A stretch of DNA of 64,000 nt from the human T2T-CHM13v2.0 reference genome, Homo sapiens: the NCBI RefSeq assembly GCF_009914755.1, contig NC_060940.1; one strand, written 5' to 3'. Under the pieces are notes generated by a model that did not search any database, was not told the origin of the DNA, and saw only the letters and a list, made by a program, of their open reading frames with translations. Both the position numbers and the translations under genes were made by a program. This document shows, piece after piece, positions 13,364 through 27,056 of this stretch (within the stretch, counting starts at the first letter, position 1; each line of letters opens with the position of its first letter).

Positions 13364-13799
13364 AGCCAGATGCTAGAGCCTCTGCCTGACAGCATCCTCT
13401 CTATGGGCCATATTCCGCACTGGGCACAGGCCGTCACCCTGGGAGCAGTCGGCACAGTGCAGCAAGCCTGGCCCCCGACCCAGCTCTACTCCAGGCTTCC
13501 ACACTTCTGGGCCCTAGGCTGCTTCCGGTAGTCCCTGTTTTTGCAGTACATGGGTGACTATCTCCCCTGTTGGAGGTGAGTGGCCTGTAAGTCCAAGCTG
13601 TGCGAGGGGGCCTTGCTGGATGCTGCTGTACAACTTCTGGGCCTCTCTTGGACCCTGGGAGTGAGGGTGGGTGTGGGTGGAAGCCTCAGAGGCCTTGGGA
13701 GCTCATCCCTCTCACCCAGAATCCCTCTAACCCCTTGGGTGCGGTTTGCTCAGCCCCAGCTTATCTCCTCCTCCGCGCTGTGTAAATGCTCCAGCACTC

Positions 13800-13805
13800 A
13801 ATAAA
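13800..13805 (+). terminator. HMOX2: HMOX2 distal poly(A) signal AATAAA
   Basis: Second AATAAA 442 nt downstream of the first. Confidence 0.85.
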
Positions 13806-14169
13806 GTGGGCTTTGCAAGCTACCTCCTTCCCTGCCTCCTGGCACCGGGTGGGTCAAGCCACCTCCCCATAGGAGAGTCCCTCAGAAGCAAGGGCATGTT
13901 ATGTCTGTGTGGGGAGTGGACATCGTCCATCATGGCTCCCAGCAGCCACCTCCTGCTCTGGGTCTACTCTCCAGCACCTCTAGTCTCCAAAGCAAAGTCA
14001 CTCTAACCATCTTGCAAAGATCTTTAAAGTGTATCCAGCACTGCTATTTTTTAGCTCAGAAATACCTTAGAGGTTTCCTACTTAAAAGGTTTTTTTAAAA
14101 AATATATATATATTTAAAAATAAGGGTTTTAAAAAAGCACATATTTGTATTTAAACAATTCATTCTCTA

Positions 14170-16046
14170 AAAGAGAAACATGAACTTAAATAATTTTATT
14201 AATAGGAATCTACTACCTGTAAAAGTTTTATTTCAAAAAGGGTTAAAAAGTAGGGAAACTCTTTAAACTACTGACCAAGACTGCCACCTTCATAATTCAG
14301 ATGAGTTAGTGCAGAGATGGCCAGGGCCAGAGGTCGCCCAGAACCTGCGTGTGCAGACTGCGCTCTGTTAGTCTTCTGCCTGTCAGCCTCAGCCCAGTCT
14401 GTCTTGCTTAAGGGTGCGCCTCCCCAGGGCTGGATGATGCTGTGCTCAAGCCTGCGGGTAGGAGGGCTCCAGCTTGCAGATCCCATGCGTGGATGCCATA
14501 TATAGATGGTTGAAACCAGCATCAGAGGAAGGAAGGTGACCTTACAGCCACTGCCGAGACCAACGTGTGCCCTGGCCCAGTCACAGCTGGAAATCCCAGG
14601 GCTGGTCTACACCCGACTCTGGTTTGGTTTAATTAGGTCCTTACGTGTTGGTGTTGTCCCAGGCAGTTGGCATGGCATCAGCACTGAGGGTGTGAGACCC
14701 TGAGGACTCAGCCTCCCGTCCTGCCAGTAGACTGCCTGCAGCCCCACCCTCTTTCCCTCAAAAAAGAAGGAAGCCAGGCAAGAGAGCAGAGGCCCAGGGC
14801 GGGGGAGTGAAAGGGCCAATTTAATGAGAAACTACAAACTGAGACTGGGCCACGATTCACAGTGACAGGAGGCCATGCAGTGGCAGTGCGAGACCAGGAA
14901 GGACAGTGGCAGGATACAGTGGTCCAGGTGAGCAAGTTCACAAACCATTCAGGAAATAAAGACAGGGCGAGGCTGGTGTCCACCAAGGCAGTTCTACCAC
15001 TTGTGGCTGCTCCTTCCTCGTCCCTAGCCCAGTGTGCCTGCAGGAGCAGGTGTGAGCAGGCACAGCAACAGCCTGTCAGCTGGGGTGAGGGGCCCGGCAC
15101 TTACAGGGAAGAAAATCCATGGAGAAGGCTCTGCACATCCAAGCGCACCCACAAGGGGGACCCTCTGCCATCTCTTGCCCAGTTGGGATACACCAGCCAC
15201 CAGGCAGAGGTCATACCCACACGCAGTGAGGACACAGGGCAGACGGGAAGGGGCTAGGCTCAGGGGCTCCTTCCGGCCCCAGCAATACAGGGTTCACAGA
15301 GGCATGGCCTGAAAGGGGGTCTGCACACTGACTCAAAGGGACAAGTTCCTTCTTAGCTACCAGGGTCTGATCATTCACCCAGGTACAGTGTCCTCTCTAC
15401 CTGACACCAGGCAGCTCTCGGGCACTGGGACAGGGTATTAGACATCCTGGGCTTCTATACCTGAGAGTTCTGAGGGCCAGAGTTGGCAGTTTTACTTCCA
15501 GCCACCATGCCCCACCTCTAGCACCCCAGAGGCGCAAAGTACCCAGAAACAAACCCAGGCTTTGTGACCCTGTCCTACGTGGGCCCACCTGACTCCAGAC
15601 AACTTACCCATTCTCGGCCCAGCAGGTCAGAAACGCCTGTGGCCACAGGCCTGGGGACTAACTGGCTAACTGCTCTGGCTGCTGTTGGTCCCAGGGGGAA
15701 AGAGTCTGGACTGAACCTGTACCTTGTTTGGAAACAGAGGCATCAGGACCCCAGCAGGAAACCCCTCCCAGCTTATCTTCCCGATCACACACACCAAGCA
15801 GACCAACAACACACAAGCTCATTGCCAGCCCCCTGCCACCCACTGACCCTTGGCCTTAAATCCCAACAGAATTTTTGCCAGAAGAGTCAGCGGCTCAGGT
15901 AGGGCAGGGTGAAGAGGACAGGACTTCTAGGGGATGGTGGCACGGCTCCCAGCCCCAAGTGGGAGCGGGAAAGTGACCACTGAGCGCAGGGAGCAAAGCA
16001 CAGGGGGCCAGACTGACAGGCGGGGGAGTCCCGAGTCCCAGCTCCG
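14170..16046 (-). other. CDIP1: CDIP1 3'UTR (about 1.9 kb) with seed matches to miR-21-5p (15770-15777) and miR-133 (15685-15692)
   Basis: Lies between the TAA and the poly(A) signals. mRNA-sense GAUAAGCU and GGGACCAA match the miR-21 and miR-133 seeds. 3' end approximate. Confidence 0.7.
14195..14232 (-). terminator. CDIP1: CDIP1 poly(A) signals (AATAAA on minus strand at 14227-14232 and 14195-14200)
   Basis: Two TTTATT hexamers on the plus strand in an AT-rich block about 1.8 kb downstream of the CDIP1 stop. Confidence 0.75.
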
Positions 16047-16158
16047 TTAGCACAGGCGCTTGTACGTGTAGATGTAGGCTTTGCAGCTGGGGCATGTGTG
16101 CGTCACATCCTTGAAGTCATTGATGAGGCAGGGGATCAGGCAGCAGCCCAGATCACAT
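16047..16158 (-). CDS. CDIP1: CDIP1 last coding exon ([36 protein letters not shown]): C-terminal HxCxxC of the LITAF domain
   Basis: Minus-strand acceptor attcag|A at 16159/16158, TAA at 16049-16047; 112 nt. Confidence 0.97.
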
Positions 16159-16265
16159 CTGAATCAGAGACAGGGAAGAACAGGCTGAGGCCTGCTGCGG
16201 AGGAGGCAGAGGCAGCCAGTTGACCCTGGTGCAGCCCCCACCCTACCAGTGCCCACACCACCTAC

Positions 16266-16539
16266 CCCATGAAGCAACAGAAGAAACCCAGCACGAAATT
16301 CATCAAGCCAATCTCGTAGGAGATCTTGGTGGTGATGGCCTGCTGGCAGTGGGGACACACCGTCTGCACAGGCGCTCCCTCAAAGATCTCTCCCTGCAGC
16401 ACTGTCACCGTGGTGGCAGCTCCTGAAGGGACCAGGACTGTGGCTGTGTGGCCCCCAGGGCCAGGGTAGGGCCCTGGCGTGTAGGGCCCTGGGGGGTAGT
16501 AGCCCATGGGTGGGTGGGGGCCTGGAGGAGGGTAGAAAC
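16266..16539 (-). CDS. CDIP1: CDIP1 coding exon 3 ([14 protein letters not shown]...[35 protein letters not shown])
   Basis: ttccag|GT ... GG|gtaggt on minus strand; 274 nt; first CxxC and hydrophobic segment of the LITAF domain. Confidence 0.97.
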
Positions 16540-17170
16540 CTGGAATGGCACAGAAGATGGAGGCGAGAGGTCACTGGCCTGCCACCTGCACCAGACAAAG
16601 AGATTGGCGCAAAGCCCCACGGTCCACAGCGCCCAGCGTGCAAGGCTACGCCTCAGACCTCCTACCGCCCTCCTAACGGGCCAGTGGGAGGCCTTACAGC
16701 TGGGGCCCTAAGTCAAGTGGGGCCACATTCTCCCAGCCCTTCCTGGTCCCCACCCCTTGGGGCCCATGACAGATGTGGCAGAGAGCCAGGCACATGGCCC
16801 GGTCCCTCTGCTCCTCTGTCTGTCTCCAGCATGCAAGGACAGGGCACTCAGCCTCAAGCCCATGACCAAGAGAGGGAAAGCCTTGCGGGTCACCCACCCC
16901 TCTCCTGCACACAAGGCGCCCCTCCCCACCCATGTCAGGTCCTGGTGTGCCAAGGACCAGCCCTTCCTGACCAGCCTGAATAAGAGCAGTCCCACCTTCC
17001 CACGTCCACAGTCCCTGTCCACACACAGCCTGAGCCCTAGGCAAGGGCTGGTTGGGCGTGTTGGAGTCCCTGCCCTACAGCAGATGCCCACCTGTACTGA
17101 GGACAGCCAGCGCAGGCCAGACAGCAGCCAGGAGTTCCCCATGCTCCCCTCAGATCCCTTCCCCACTCAC

Positions 17171-17326
17171 CCGGAGGCATGTAGGTGCCATCTGCACTCA
17201 TGTGTGGTGGGATGAAGCCAGGCTGGGGCATTGGGTGACCCGGCGGCTCATAGGGTGGGGGGCCAATGTCCGCAGGGGGCAGTGGCATGCCTGGAGGGGG
17301 CTGCATCACAGCTGGGGAGGAACGGC
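17171..17326 (-). CDS. CDIP1: CDIP1 coding exon 2 ([51 protein letters not shown])
   Basis: tgtccag|GC ... CCGG|gtgagt; 156 nt; proline-rich with a PPPY motif. Confidence 0.97.
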
Positions 17327-17520
17327 CTGGACAGAGAGAGGCAGAAAGAGGAGACTGAGCTGGAGCCTCTGCACGATGAGCTCGACCAGAGGCCACTGTT
17401 TTGGGACACAGATGGGGCCCAGGGGTAACCCTGGAGTGGGCATCACCACTTAGAGAGTCCCAACCATGCCATGGCGGCAGGGGGCTGCAATATGGAGCCT
17501 CAGGAACAGTGACCCCCTAC

Positions 17521-17605
17521 CTGGGGTGGGCGGGGCTCCACTTTTCTCTTCCAGAAGTGGGGCTGTGGGGCCCCCAGGATAAGGAGGGGGAGGCTCGCTG
17601 GACAT
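17521..17605 (-). CDS. CDIP1: CDIP1 first coding exon (whole exon 17619-17521); [28 protein letters not shown]
   Basis: Acceptor gtccag|G at 17620/17619, ATG 17605-17603 (A at -3), donor CCAG|gtaggg. Total CDS 85+156+274+112=627 nt = 208 aa + stop. Confidence 0.97.
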
Positions 17606-18049
17606 CTTCGCTGCTTCTCCTGGACATGGAGGGAAAACCCAGACATGAACTAAGCTCCCAGCCAGGTTCCTTCTCCTTCAGCCCTGTGGGGTGGCCAAGA
17701 TGCTGCACAAGGCGTGTGACCATCCTCAGAAGGGTCTGCCTCCAGGCACTGGGGATCCCCCACCTTTCCCAGGGCCACCTAGCCCAGAGCCACCATCCTT
17801 ACCTCTCAGTAGTCACCTGCTCTTCCCTGTTTGGAAGCTGAAGGGCAAGGACAGAACCCAGGAAGCAGGGCCCAGTGAGGTAAAGTCCCCCAAGGAGCCT
17901 AACTCAGCACTTGCCCCACACGAGAGCAGTTTGGCACCGAGCTCTCCCCTCCCCAAACGTTTAGCGGGCACTAAGGCAGTCGGAGGAGACACTGGACCGA
18001 TCTCTGCCACAGGCTGCACTGGGAATGGGGGTTCTGGGGGATTTCTTAC

Positions 18050-18139
18050 CTCAAATCCGTGCTACTCAGAGAAGGGAGGCAGGTGAGGCTCCTTCAGCTG
18101 CTGGCCTGGATGGACAGGGAACAGGCAGGGCTCCGGGAG
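18050..18139 (-). other. CDIP1: CDIP1 non-coding exon 2 (90 nt, 5'UTR)
   Basis: Minus-strand acceptor ttcccctgaaacag|C and strong donor GAG|gtaaga; no ATG inside. Confidence 0.8.
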
Positions 18140-18829
18140 CTGTTTCAGGGGAAGGAAAGGCAGGGCCCTCAGCAGGGAGCAAGGGCTGCCAAGCCAGGGC
18201 TGGGCCCAGGGGCCTGGGCATACCACACAGTTCCTCCCCTTCCACATCCGGCTTCTCCCTAGCTGTCACTCTGCCATCCACACACCCGACCACCCCTCCA
18301 TTCCTCGGTCCCGTCGCAGGTCTGCTTCCTCCCTCCCCCAGGACTGCTGGCACCCAAGGGCCACGGCTGGGCCCTCTGCCTCCCCTCCCACCAGGCCTGA
18401 GCTCCCATGCATGAGGACTGGACTGCCAGGCAAGCTGTGCTCTGGCCTGTGCCCTTCTGGTTTGTTTGTTGAGGTGGGGGTCAGGGGGAAGAAGAGTCAA
18501 GTGAAATCTTTTCCCTCATTTCTGTCACCAAACTCTCTGAGCACAGCTCAGAAAGGTGGGAAGCTTTTGCTCTTACTTAGCATCATAAAGGACTTGGGAA
18601 GTGGGGTTCAGTTACCTTAGCTAAAAGTAATAAAATGAGACAAAAATCAGTTTCAGTGGAACAAAAAATACAGGGAAAGGAGTGTTTCCCAGACAGCCCA
18701 GCACCTGCAGGGGATGGAGGGCACATAAGTTTGAATATAAAGTTTAACAAATCAGGGGCAGGGCCAGAGGAACCAAGTCCAAGCTCTTGGGTTCAACTAT
18801 AAAGTACCATGGAAGTTTGAAAACTGAAA

Positions 18830-19915
18830 GAGATCAAAAAGCTGTTAGAAGAAAATGCAGGCATCAATCTTTATGACCTTCGATTAGGCAGTGGTTTCTC
18901 AGATATGACACCAAAAGCAAAGCAACAAAAGAAAGAAAACTTAAAGTGGATGTCATCAGAATGAAAAACTCTTGTGCTTCAAAGGATACCATCACATTTT
19001 ATAATTCATAGATCTGATAAAGGACTTGTATTAAGAAATACAAAGAACTCAACTCAATAACAGAAAGACAACCCAATTTTTAAAAGGATTTGAACAAAGA
19101 CTTCTCAAAAGACAAATGGCCAAAAGCACATGAAAAACTACTGAGCGTCTTTTCATAAGGGAAATGAAAACCAAAACCACAAGGAGACCATTTCCTATCT
19201 ACTAGGATGGCTAAAATTTAAAAAGACAGTAATAGGCATTATGTAGAAAAACTGGAACCCTCATACACTGCTGGTAGGGGACAGCCCCTGCAAACCTTTT
19301 GAAGAACTGCCAGCCCCTGTTCCCCTTTTGAGGAACAGTCTGGCAGTTCCTCAAAAGGTTAAACCTAGAGTTACCAGATGACCCAGCAATTCCACCCCTA
19401 GTTATCTGCCCAAAAGAAATGAAAACCTGTCTACACAGAAATTTGTACACAAATGTTCACAGCAGCATGAATCATAATAGCCAAAAAGTGGAAACAACCC
19501 AAATGTCCATCAACAAAGTGGATAAACAAAACCGTAGGCTGCCCAGACAATGGAAGACGATTCGGCTATAAAAAGGAAGGAAGCACTGACACCCTACAGC
19601 ATGAACTCTGAAAACATGCTTGGTGAGAGAAGCCAGACACAAAAGGCCACATACTGTATGATTTCACTTATATGAAATGTCCCCAATAGGCAAACCCATA
19701 GAAACGGAAAGTACATTAGTAGCTGTTTAGGTCTGGGGGAGAGGGGAAATGGGGAACATGGAATCTCCTTCTGGGGTAACGAAGATGCTCTGAAACCGAT
19801 TGTAGCAACAGTTGAACGATTCTGTGAATAACTAAAAACCACTGAATTGTACACTTTAAATGGGTGAATTGAATGGTACGTAAATTATGTCAATAAAACT
19901 TATTTTTAAAAAAAA
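18830..19915 (+). mobile_element. L1MB-type 3' fragment (end of ORF2 plus 3'UTR)
   Basis: gatatgacaccaaaagca, gacccagcaattccac, aaatgtccatcaac, ccactgaattgtacactttaaa motifs. Confidence 0.88.
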
Positions 19916-19994
19916 TGAGGGAAAAGAAAATTAGTCCTACTGCAGCCCATCTCCACATGTCCCTGCTGGTCTGTATGCACAGGCACCTGTACCT

Positions 19995-21235
<1,241 letters not shown>

Positions 21236-22658
21236 AACAGGGAGTAGCAGCAGTGCCTCTTGGGGCTGGTCCTGGGGTCCCTTGCCCAGGCTGCTCCTAG
21301 CCTGCCAGGTGCCCTCCTGCAGGGGAGAAGAGGGCAGCCTTTCATGGGGCTTTACCTGCGTCTGGAAAACTGCTCCAATACGTTGAGTTGGAATAAGTGC
21401 CAGCCCCTGCTACAAACTCCCAGACTCCCAGAAAATGCTCTCTGGCGCCTCTGGGTGGCACCACCGTCCACCAAGTGGCCCAACACTGTGGTCTGCAGTG
21501 GTCTTGCTCATCAGGGAATGGTCCAGGCCCTGGGATGCTCTGAGCAGACCAGGAAAATAAGCTGCACTGTGCTTGGTGAGTCACTGAAGCACCTGCAGAT
21601 CCCAGCCTGGGTCCCTTGCAGGGAGCACACACACACACACGTGTGCACACACACCCCATCTCTGAGAATGCAGGTGTTGCCTTTCTCTGGCCCATCTTTT
21701 CATCAAAGTCAACAGATATAATCCTATGATCTCCTAGAGCTCAAAAATTCTATTTCTGGAATTCCACATACAGCCTTGCCCATGATGATAGGGTGTAAGC
21801 CCACAGGGCATAGCCCTCCTTTGGTGTTCACCCAACCTGGGTACAGAAAATGCAGGCCACAGGGAAGGGTCTGGACCTGCACAGGGCTGGCTTCCCCTCC
21901 AGCTCGATGGCCACACCAGAGCCCACCTTCTCTTTGCCCCTCACCGGGGGCCGCAGGGCCCTGTTGCTCCTCCGTGTCTTCCCCACCTAGGGCCATGCCT
22001 GCTACTCACTGCTCCCCCTCACCCCTCCATATCCACATGCGTCCTCCTGCTGCCTTCCTGAACCCCAGCAGAGACTGCAGGGCAGGTCCTTCTCTACCAA
22101 GGAGAGGATCTGGAAAACAGCTCATGAAGATTTCCCGAATTCAAACACCCATTCTCCCAGTGCCTTCCAATACAAAATCAAACATGCATTCCCACAAAAC
22201 CATGTTGTGTAGGGTGTAATAAAAACTACAAGAATAATCTTTCAATCACACGATCAGAAGCAAAATAGTTTTCCAATAAAACGAGTACTGTTCAAATTAA
22301 GCTACAAAATGGAAAATGTCTGATCTGAAAATGCAGCCCCAGCACCTCTGCTGTGGGAAGGTGCTGGTGAGGGAGGGGGCTAGGAGACCTGGGGATCTGC
22401 CCAGTTCCCAACAGAGGAGGAAGGGGAGACTTGCGGGGTCTGGGGAGCCCACTGAAGTCAACTTGCAGCCCTGACAAATCCAAGAGAGGCTTCTTGGCCT
22501 TCTTGCTTTAAATCTTGGATTTATTAATTGCAAACAAAATAGGTGCCTGTTTGAAAATCTTTACAAGTCAATCACAAACTTAATAGTAAGTCACTCCTAT
22601 GGAAGACCAGAGGCCTCTGCAAAGTCTACCCCTCCACACCCTCTGGGTTCTGTGGCAT

Positions 22659-23562
22659 GTGAAGGTGTGGAGAAAAAACCTGTTTCTCCTCTGCTTTCAC
22701 ACCATAACAATCAACAGAAAAGACTTCTGTGGCAAAACATGTGGGGGTTTCTCCCCAATAACAAGCAAGCAGTCAGTTCTGCAGCGGACACCAGGTGGAC
22801 GTCTTCTAGTGGCATTCAAGTCTGATGCTACCGTGTCAGATCCCACAGGTTGAGGGCTCAGTTCCATGACTGCCCCCCACTTCTGATCATCGCAATTCCT
22901 AGCTTGCGACCTGCGCTTCTGACAGACTGGCTACAAATCACTATCTTGGGAGCGGATTCCTTGTAAGAGGATTAGCTAGTCTTTTGTGGGTGCCTCTCCC
23001 CGCGGCCCTTCCACCATGGGATGACACAGCAAGAAGGCCCTTGCCAGATGCTGGCAGTGCCTTGATCCTGGACTTCCCAAGCACCACAGTTTTGGTGACT
23101 GATGGTGAGGCTTAATGGGAGTTGTTTGGGACATGGGAGGTGGATTCCTCATGAATAGATAAATGCCCTCCCTGGGGTGGAGGAGAAGCGAGTGACTTCT
23201 CACTCTGTTAGTCCCCGCATCCTTGCTGGTTGTCAGAAAGAGCCCAGCGCTTCCCCTCCCCTTCTCACCCCCTCTCTCGCCATGTGATCTCTGCACAGAG
23301 ACCCCCCGTGCCTTCCACCATGAATGGAAGCAGCCTGAGGCCCTCAACAGAAGCAGATGTTGGCACCGTGCCATCCTATAAAGCCTGCAGAACCAGGAAC
23401 CAAATACTCTCTTTTCTTTATAAATTACTCAGCCTCAGGTAATTTATAGCAACACAAATAGACTAAGACACCAGCCTCCAGAACTGTAAGGAGATAAATT
23501 CCTCTTCTTTATGAATGACCCAGTCTCAGGTATTCTGTTAGAGAAGCACAATGGACTAATAC
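22659..23562 (+). mobile_element. LTR stack: MER21-like fragment (~22659-22940), then an MST/MaLR LTR with a second MSTB-like LTR nested inside (~23082-23470)
   Basis: gtcagatcccacaggttgagggctcag (MER21-type); two MaLR ends (gactaagaca, gactaatac) and an interrupted ggacttccc...agcctccagaac motif. Confidence 0.7.
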
Positions 23563-23588
23563 TACATCAAGACTTGACAAGTGGTAGG

Positions 23589-23872
<284 letters not shown>

Positions 23873-23879
23873 CCGACAA

Positions 23880-24835
23880 GTGGTAGTTTCTTAAGGGTTA
23901 GTTGCCACAGGAATTGGAAGCCTTAACAATGGTTTTTTTCTAATGTGTTACATTAGAAGTCATTGGTGTACCTTGCATTTGGAATGGGTCTTTTACATAG
24001 ACATGATTTCTTAACATCATGTGTGGGTCACCTGAAAATACGGGTTCCTGTAATGCAGATCTACCAATGTTGACACATCTCATTGAACAATATATATTTT
24101 TTTAAATCACATTGCTGGTATCACTACCAATGTCATTAAAGTCACTAAATATTGTTAACGCTAATCATCATTTGAAAGCTTGAATTTCATCACTGGCAAC
24201 AAAGCACTAACAAATATAGAAACAGCAACATATACAAAAATAAAAGGTCAGTTGTTTCCCTTGAAGTAGCAAGTTCACTTTGCTCATTTTCAAGAAAGTG
24301 TATGCTAAATATCCAAATCTGAATAACCACGGTGTGTGCCAGTTGTTCTTTAAGTGAAGATGGAGTCCATGAAAAAGGCAGCTAGTTCGGCCCACACTTC
24401 AAATGAATGCACGTGTGCTTTTCCTCACGACAGCATCAAACTCCATTTGACATACTTCATGTGTGCCTCATTTCGTCACAAAGGATCTTAAAAAGCTGTG
24501 GACTCATGGGTCAGGACTTAATAAAGTTGATTTTTACTGCTTTTTCTGATGCAACACTGGTGTGTGTGTGTGTGTGTGTACTGTGTGTGTGGTGGTGAAG
24601 ACTCAATTACAACAAGACCAGCACAGTGTGGTGCCAGTCTTGAGTCAGTGCAGGCCCCACAGCTTGTTTCCGCACTGCTCCTACACCATCAATGTGAAAG
24701 CCATCACAAACAAAGAGGCATGGTAACAAATCATGGCCGTGTTATTATTAAAACAGTTCTGATCCTAGCCCCCCGAGTGGTCTCAGGAAGCCCCCAGGAG
24801 ACTGCAGATCACATTTCAAGAACTGCTGTGCTAGA
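23880..24835 (-). mobile_element. hAT-Charlie (Charlie1-like) DNA transposon fossil with transposase remnant
   Basis: Minus-strand translation WLFRFGYLAYTFLKMSKVNLLLQGK resembles the Buster/Charlie WLxxLAYLxDIFxxLNxLNLxLQG motif, with a degenerate RWLSRGK upstream. Confidence 0.75.
24560..24591. repeat. (TG)n microsatellite
   Basis: Read directly. Confidence 0.85.
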
Positions 24836-26702
24836 GGAACCCCCACTAGAAGTTAAGGGGTGCGTATCAGCCAAGTGCAGGGCTGGGACAGGACTTCACA
24901 ACCAGAAGGATCAAGAGTGGCCTGCAAGTCTTGGAGTCGCTCCTGGGGAGGCCCTGAGTTTGTTGTTCTGGCAAGGCCCCACCCCAGGGATGTGCTTGCC
25001 ACCCGGTGGAAGGCTTTAAATGAAACAAGCAGTCAAGAACATGGGCTCTGGGCCAGGTGTGGTGGCTCAGGCCTGTAATTCCAGCACTCGGGGAGGCCGA
25101 GACGGGAGGATTACTTGAGCCCAGGAGTTCGAAACCAGCCTGGACAACATGGCAAGACGTCATCAATATTAAAAAAAAAAAAAAAAAAAAAGGCGGGGGG
25201 GCCCGCTCTGCATCAGCTTAATTCAAACCCAGACCCCCAAGACCCTCCACTTTCCAGCTGAGCGAGCTGAGCCTCGGTTTCTTCCTCTGTAAACAGAGAT
25301 GATCATGCCTACCTCTCAGGGTGGGAGTGAGGTTGAAGAGAGACTGTGTGTGAAACGCCTGCAGCAGAAACGCTGGGCCTAGCACACAATGACGCTAAAT
25401 AAATGGAAACTGCTATTATTATGCTTTATTAGGCAACTTCCAACAGGGAGGAAAACAACAGGTATTGACGCCTCTGCCATGGAGTGCCTTCTGATTCCCA
25501 ACGAGGGGTCCTGGTGCATGTTCACTAATATGACTACAAGGGGATGCCTCTACCGGATTCTGGAGGGACTTGCAATCAAAACCCTCCCTAAGAACTCAGC
25601 TCAGCAGCGTTCCCTCACGGCACAGCTCAGCTGGGCCACCTGCTCCACGGTAACCCGAGACAACTCTTTGAGAAGGCAGAGACACTAGCAGTCCTCCAAG
25701 GGCCATCTCTCCTGGTGGGCTGTGGAAATGCCAGGGGCCTGCCTGGGAGTGCCCAAGGTTGGCAATGCCCCTGGAAGGATGCTCCACCAATACACCCTGG
25801 TGGCAGGGGCTCTGCAGCAGCTGCTGCCCAGACACATTTCTCAGAGCTGGGCTGGCTTGGTGCTGCATCCCCAGGAGGTGCTTACCCACGTGGCAGCCAT
25901 GGCGTCAGGACGCCAGCTGGCCTCAGAGGGGCTCCTCTGTCCCCAGGAGGCAGGTCCCAGGCATCCAGCCAGGAACAGGGCTTTCTGCTTTGCTGGGAAA
26001 ACTGAAAGGCCGATTTCTGCCTTGCCTGCAGCTTCCATGTGCTGAATAAAGGAGGTGCCCACTGCTCCACGAGGGGCAGAGCCGAGGTAAAAGACAAACA
26101 CTCTCTGTGCTTCTTGGGTCTGAAAAGAGAATGGCAAGGCCCAAACCAGGTCTGGAGGAAAAGGCCAAAGCAAGAAGTGAGCCAGAAGCAAGCAGGAGCT
26201 CACGTGGGCCTCAGGGAAGATGCTCTCAGTCCAGATAGCAGCACCCTGCAGGGACAGGGCAGCGGGAAAAGGAGAGCACAGAATCCCCACCAAGGGTGCA
26301 GGCCTGAAGGGGACCCTTCCAGGGAGGCTTGGCCCACACTAGGCCTTTCCATCCTGTGACATCTCCATCCAACACACAGACGGATTAGTTCAAACCCACC
26401 TTGGAGGGCGGTGTGAGAATTAAGTAAGGCATGGATATAAAAACTTACTGAACCACTGTAACGGGCCATGCAGCGTGAGGGTCATTAGGAGGGGGACTGT
26501 TACTTGCGAGGGATGGCCGCTGACCACGTAGCTGTTCCGCCTATTCTCCCAAGCACCCCAGGGCTGGGCTGAAGCACAGTCTGTGAGGTGACCACGTAAC
26601 AGAGGCCCTCTAAGGGGAGGGCGGGGGATGGTGCTTCCTTCTGATAGTTACTCAGCACATCCTCCGTGCCAGATACAGGCTGGGGATTAAAGACACATCC
26701 CT

Positions 26703-27056
<354 letters not shown>

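Noticed and set aside
16164-18620. Many overlapping 100-157 aa ORFs on both strands around the CDIP1 exons
   Set aside because: Expected stop-codon scarcity in GC-rich DNA; only the spliced CDIP1 frame has coherent protein features.
24207-24450. Domesticated transposase gene
   Set aside because: Only a short fragment with stops, frameshifts and degenerate motifs; a fossil.
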